Below, piece by piece: positions 60,581-64,000 of a stretch of DNA of 64,000 nt. Positions within the stretch are counted from its first letter, which is position 1. Every line of letters starts with the position of its first letter. The stretch is from Rhynchopus sp. YZ270_cl-10 (taxonomy: Eukaryota), in assembly GCA_964035575.1 (NCBI GenBank), contig OZ037840.1, positions 992,001 to 1,056,000 on the forward strand, given 5' to 3'. The notes below the pieces were generated by a model. That model was given only the letters and a program-made list of their open reading frames with translations, did no database searches and was not told where the DNA came from. Both the position numbers and the translations under genes were made by a program.

Positions 60581-61434
60581 CAGGGCACTAGCTAGACTTT
60601 TTTTTTTCCGTTTTTTTGCGGTTTTGCGGTTTCAAAAAAATTTTCGCGCGGCGACAAACTAGAAGGGAAAACACACGAATGAGGGACGGGGAGATTTTGG
60701 GAAGGGGTTATTTACAGGGCATTTTTTACGGGGCTAAACCCGACTGACCCCTGGTGGAATCTCCTGCCAACTTCATTGCATGTATCAGAATGCTTCTGTG
60801 CGTGAGCATGTGTTGCCGCAGGGTCTGCACAGCTTCCGACGTTCGCACATACCCCCCAGTCTCCTGTTTGCTGTCGACCATTCTATCACATACTCCTCCA
60901 TGTCCGCGGCGGCACGCCGGCTCACTATGCTCTGACTTAATCTCACCGATCGTGACCACCCCTCTACCTGAATCGATTGCATTTTCGGTTGCAAAATGCA
61001 ACTGTCCAAATTGCAAGGGGATTCCCGAAGACATTGTAAAATAATAAATGGCGCCGCAGGCAAAAAAAATTAGGGTACGGTGTAAAGATGCCGGTTTTAC
61101 ACCAGAGTCACTCAACAAACCCTTTTTTTGCGAAGCAAAAAAAGGAAAATGGTGCCGCAGGCAAAAAAAAATATGGGTTCACTCCGCGAGCGAAGCGAGC
61201 GGAAATTTTTTTGGGGTGTACTTCCGTGAGCGCAGCGAGCAGAAAAAAATTAAGGTGCTATCATGCCAGTCATCTGGGGGTCGGGCGAGGGGGCCCCAAC
61301 AGTGCCCAAAAACCCCCCACATTTTTTTTTTTCTGCCCCGAGATTTTCCGTTTTTTTTTTTTTTTTTCCGCCAAACCGCAAAACCGGGTTTTTGCGGTTT
61401 TGAAACCGCAAAAAAGCACCTAGCTAGTGCCCTG
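60581..61434. mobile_element. Duplicate of the 854-bp hAT MITE
   Basis: +9906 copy, same TSD CTCCCCAC. Confidence 0.9.
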
Positions 61435-61541
61435 CTCCCCACAGGAACCTTTTTCCACCACACATTTCATTTTTCCCTCAACTCAAATACCCCTCCTAAT
61501 TCCTCCTCTTCCTCCTCCTCCTCCCTCTCCCCCATTCCACA

Positions 61542-63632
61542 ATGCCGCGTTGGCCCTGCCTGCCACGCCTTGAGCGCATCCTCACCCTCGACGGCACCTT
61601 AGATAAGCGAGCGCGCCAGAGGCAGGAGTTGTTCCTGTGGATAAATGCTGCGGTGCTGTTGTGGATGTTGGTGTCGTTCGCGGTGGTGGTGCGCTGGACG
61701 CCTGTTGTGCCTGCCAAGCTGGGACGGCGAATCGCGTTAGTTCTCACTTCCGTGGCGGGGGTGTCGACGGTGCTGTGCAGACGCATCGTCACGGCACGCA
61801 ATGTAATGCTAACTGGCTGCGCATATGGGGTGTGTATCTTGGTGGTCGATCTCAATTCACGGACGTATGGGTCGACTGCTTGGGCTGCTCTGGTGCTTGT
61901 TGTGGACTATCTGCTTGTGATGCAGACGGAGGAGCGTTTCACGCTTGGCTTCGTCGCCGCAGTGGTGCTGTGGTTGATCTTGATGGGCATGGAAGAGCAG
62001 TATCGATTTGGGATGTTCGATATGCCAGGGTTGTTTCCGCAGAAAGGTGAGCAAAGTAGGTGGCAGCATCACCGTGATGTGTCGGACTGTGAGAAACTGC
62101 CCTGCGCAACGGAGGATATGGCGAAAGTGCTCTTCGCCATCGCGATTTTCGTGATAGATTTTCTTGCAACCAGAGGCTTCGCTCGGAGAATCCTGAAGGA
62201 GCAGGCAGCAATGGAGAGAACGGTCAGTGTGGTGCAGGAGATTGCGAGTCTGCTAGCAAGGTACGACGTGGAGGGTGTGGCGGAGATGCTGAAGGTGCAA
62301 AGGGACGAGCTCCCAGAGGAGATGCACGCAACACTGCAGAGGATGGAGGAGAACCTGCGGAAGTACCGTCCCTACCTCCCCGCAGCGCTGTTTGAGGAGG
62401 AGGGTGGTGCGCCAAGCGCGTCTGTGCCGCCACCTGTGCTTGAGAACGACGTGGGAACGATTGTCTTTACAGACATCCGTTCGTCGACGTCGATCTGGGA
62501 GTGTGCGCCAGAAGGGATGCGTGCTGGGCTGAAGATCCACAACGCTGTGATGCGTGAGGTGATGCAGGTGTTTGGTGGGTACGAAGTGAAGACAATCGGC
62601 GACGCCTTCATGGTTGCCTTCGCAACAACAGCTGACGGTGTGAACTTTGGCCTGCAGGTGCAGGAGTACCTTCGTGAAGCACACTGGCCTGCGTCGCTGC
62701 TTGAGGAGGCACCGATCTGTGCTGAACAGGGACCACTTTGGGGTGGACTGACTGTGCGCATTGGTGTCAACACTGGCACTGTGACTGTGGAGCAGAACAC
62801 ACTGACGGGACGGACAGACTACTTCGGACACACGGTGAACGTTGCTGCGCGTCTTGAGAGCACATGCACGCCAGGAGCTGTGGCTGTGCCCTCGGACCTG
62901 TGGACTTCTGTCTGTGGGTTGTGCAGTGCTGTTGCTGGTGAGGCTGAAGCACTTGCCTTGAAGGGTGTGTCACAGCCAATGCGTGTGCGTTGCTTGTGGC
63001 CCGTCTCACTTGCAGGCAGGCGTGAGACGCGCCTGCGCGAGCCTAGCGACGTGAGGGGCGGGAATGTTCTTGAGTCTGAATCAGAGAGGTGCTCCACACA
63101 CAGCTACTCACTGAGCTCCTCCGCCTCGTTGTTCCCTACGCTGGCCGATGCCACTGCCACTGTGGGCATTGTGGACATCGCTGTCGGGGAGAGCAGACAC
63201 ACTGCACTGCATGCACTCAACGCAGGGCTCGCGACACTCATGATTGCACTGGACCAGAGCGGCGGGATGCTGGTGACGCTGCTTGGGAGCTCTGTCTGTG
63301 TCGGGTGGAACCTTGCCCGCTCTGCACCGTCACACATGGAGAACGCAATCCGGTTTGCACAACGCATCTTGGCGACGACAAATCTGTGTGGGGCTGGGAT
63401 TGTGAGCGGCCCTGTGCAGCACGGGGATGTGGGTGCACGGCAGCAACGCTTTGTGACAGTCATGGGACGGACTGTGCGTCGGAGCTGGGCGCTGTGCGAG
63501 GAGGCGATGGCAGGTGACGGGGGTGTGTGCCTGTTCGAGCCTCCTGAAGGGGCCGTCCTGCCTTATTCCCTTGACCATGTTCTCGTGCGCGCTCACGACT
63601 ACGTATACACGATCGTTGCCACCCAAACCTGA
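61542..63632 (+). CDS. Membrane adenylate cyclase, copy 3
   Basis: Protein matches copy 2; 3' flank diverges from copies 1 and 2. Confidence 0.9.
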   Translation: MPRWPCLPRLERILTLDGTLDKRARQRQELFLWINAAVLLWMLVSFAVVVRWTPVVPAKLGRRIALVLTSVAGVSTVLCRRIVTARNVMLTGCAYGVCILVVDLNSRTYGSTAWAALVLVVDYLLVMQTEERFTLGFVAAVVLWLILMGMEEQYRFGMFDMPGLFPQKGEQSRWQHHRDVSDCEKLPCATEDMAKVLFAIAIFVIDFLATRGFARRILKEQAAMERTVSVVQEIASLLARYDVEGVAEMLKVQRDELPEEMHATLQRMEENLRKYRPYLPAALFEEEGGAPSASVPPPVLENDVGTIVFTDIRSSTSIWECAPEGMRAGLKIHNAVMREVMQVFGGYEVKTIGDAFMVAFATTADGVNFGLQVQEYLREAHWPASLLEEAPICAEQGPLWGGLTVRIGVNTGTVTVEQNTLTGRTDYFGHTVNVAARLESTCTPGAVAVPSDLWTSVCGLCSAVAGEAEALALKGVSQPMRVRCLWPVSLAGRRETRLREPSDVRGGNVLESESERCSTHSYSLSSSASLFPTLADATATVGIVDIAVGESRHTALHALNAGLATLMIALDQSGGMLVTLLGSSVCVGWNLARSAPSHMENAIRFAQRILATTNLCGAGIVSGPVQHGDVGARQQRFVTVMGRTVRRSWALCEEAMAGDGGVCLFEPPEGAVLPYSLDHVLVRAHDYVYTIVATQT

Positions 63633-64000
63633 AGCACACACACCACTGCCCTATCAATTTTATTTTTTTGCGCAACAACGGCTCTTTGGAAATTAGAGGA
63701 TGGAATGGTGTGTATACACGATTCCACATATACAGTAAGACAATAAACACCGGTGGGGCAAAAACTAAGGTGTATTTTGGGATTTCAAAACTCTAAGGGT
63801 TTTTACCCCTCCGATGTTTGTTGTCTTACTGAAATTATTCAGATAAATACTCTCAATTCTGTTTTGTTTCGTTTTTTTGGGAGGGTCCAATCTAATCATT
63901 TTTTGTGTCAAATAGTTTGTGCAGGTTTTTATTATTTCTTCTAGGTCAAACGCAGTTGACAGGGGGGAAATGCTACGGTCGCTCTATCTGTTTTCACCCT

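Larger units (their letters stand above)
42451..63570 (+). repeat. 9906-bp near-identical tandem duplication (cyclase + CATAG element + YR retroelement + MITE)
   Basis: All ORFs recur at +9906 (41730/51636/61542; 48960/58866). Confidence 0.95.

Overview
Eukaryotic, repeat-rich genomic DNA, most consistent with a euglenozoan (diplonemid-like) protist. Every credible host gene is on the + strand, introns are sparse GT-AG introns almost all starting GTATG, and the adenylate cyclases have a trypanosome-type catalytic domain. Host genes: alanyl-tRNA synthetase with an EF1B-like N-terminal appendage, an M3-family metallopeptidase, an NRAMP metal transporter, a bacterial-like amidohydrolase, a 1895-aa Cys/Trp-repeat surface protein, a coiled-coil protein, and three membrane adenylate cyclases spaced 9906 bp apart. 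Intergenic DNA is dense with DNA transposons whose ends I could resolve by eye. Highlights: (1) an intact, intron-containing hAT-like transposon with CATA termini, a 6-bp target-site duplication (TSD) and Asp in place of the catalytic Glu, plus two non-autonomous CATA/6-bp-TSD elements; (2) a Gag-tyrosine recombinase-RT (VIPER/TATE-order) retroelement truncated at a duplication junction; (3) a triple-nested set of terminal-inverted-repeat (TIR) elements and several CAGTA-core satellites carried inside TIR elements; (4) a chimeric middle cyclase copy consistent with unequal crossover. All calls come from reading motifs; no database searches were run.
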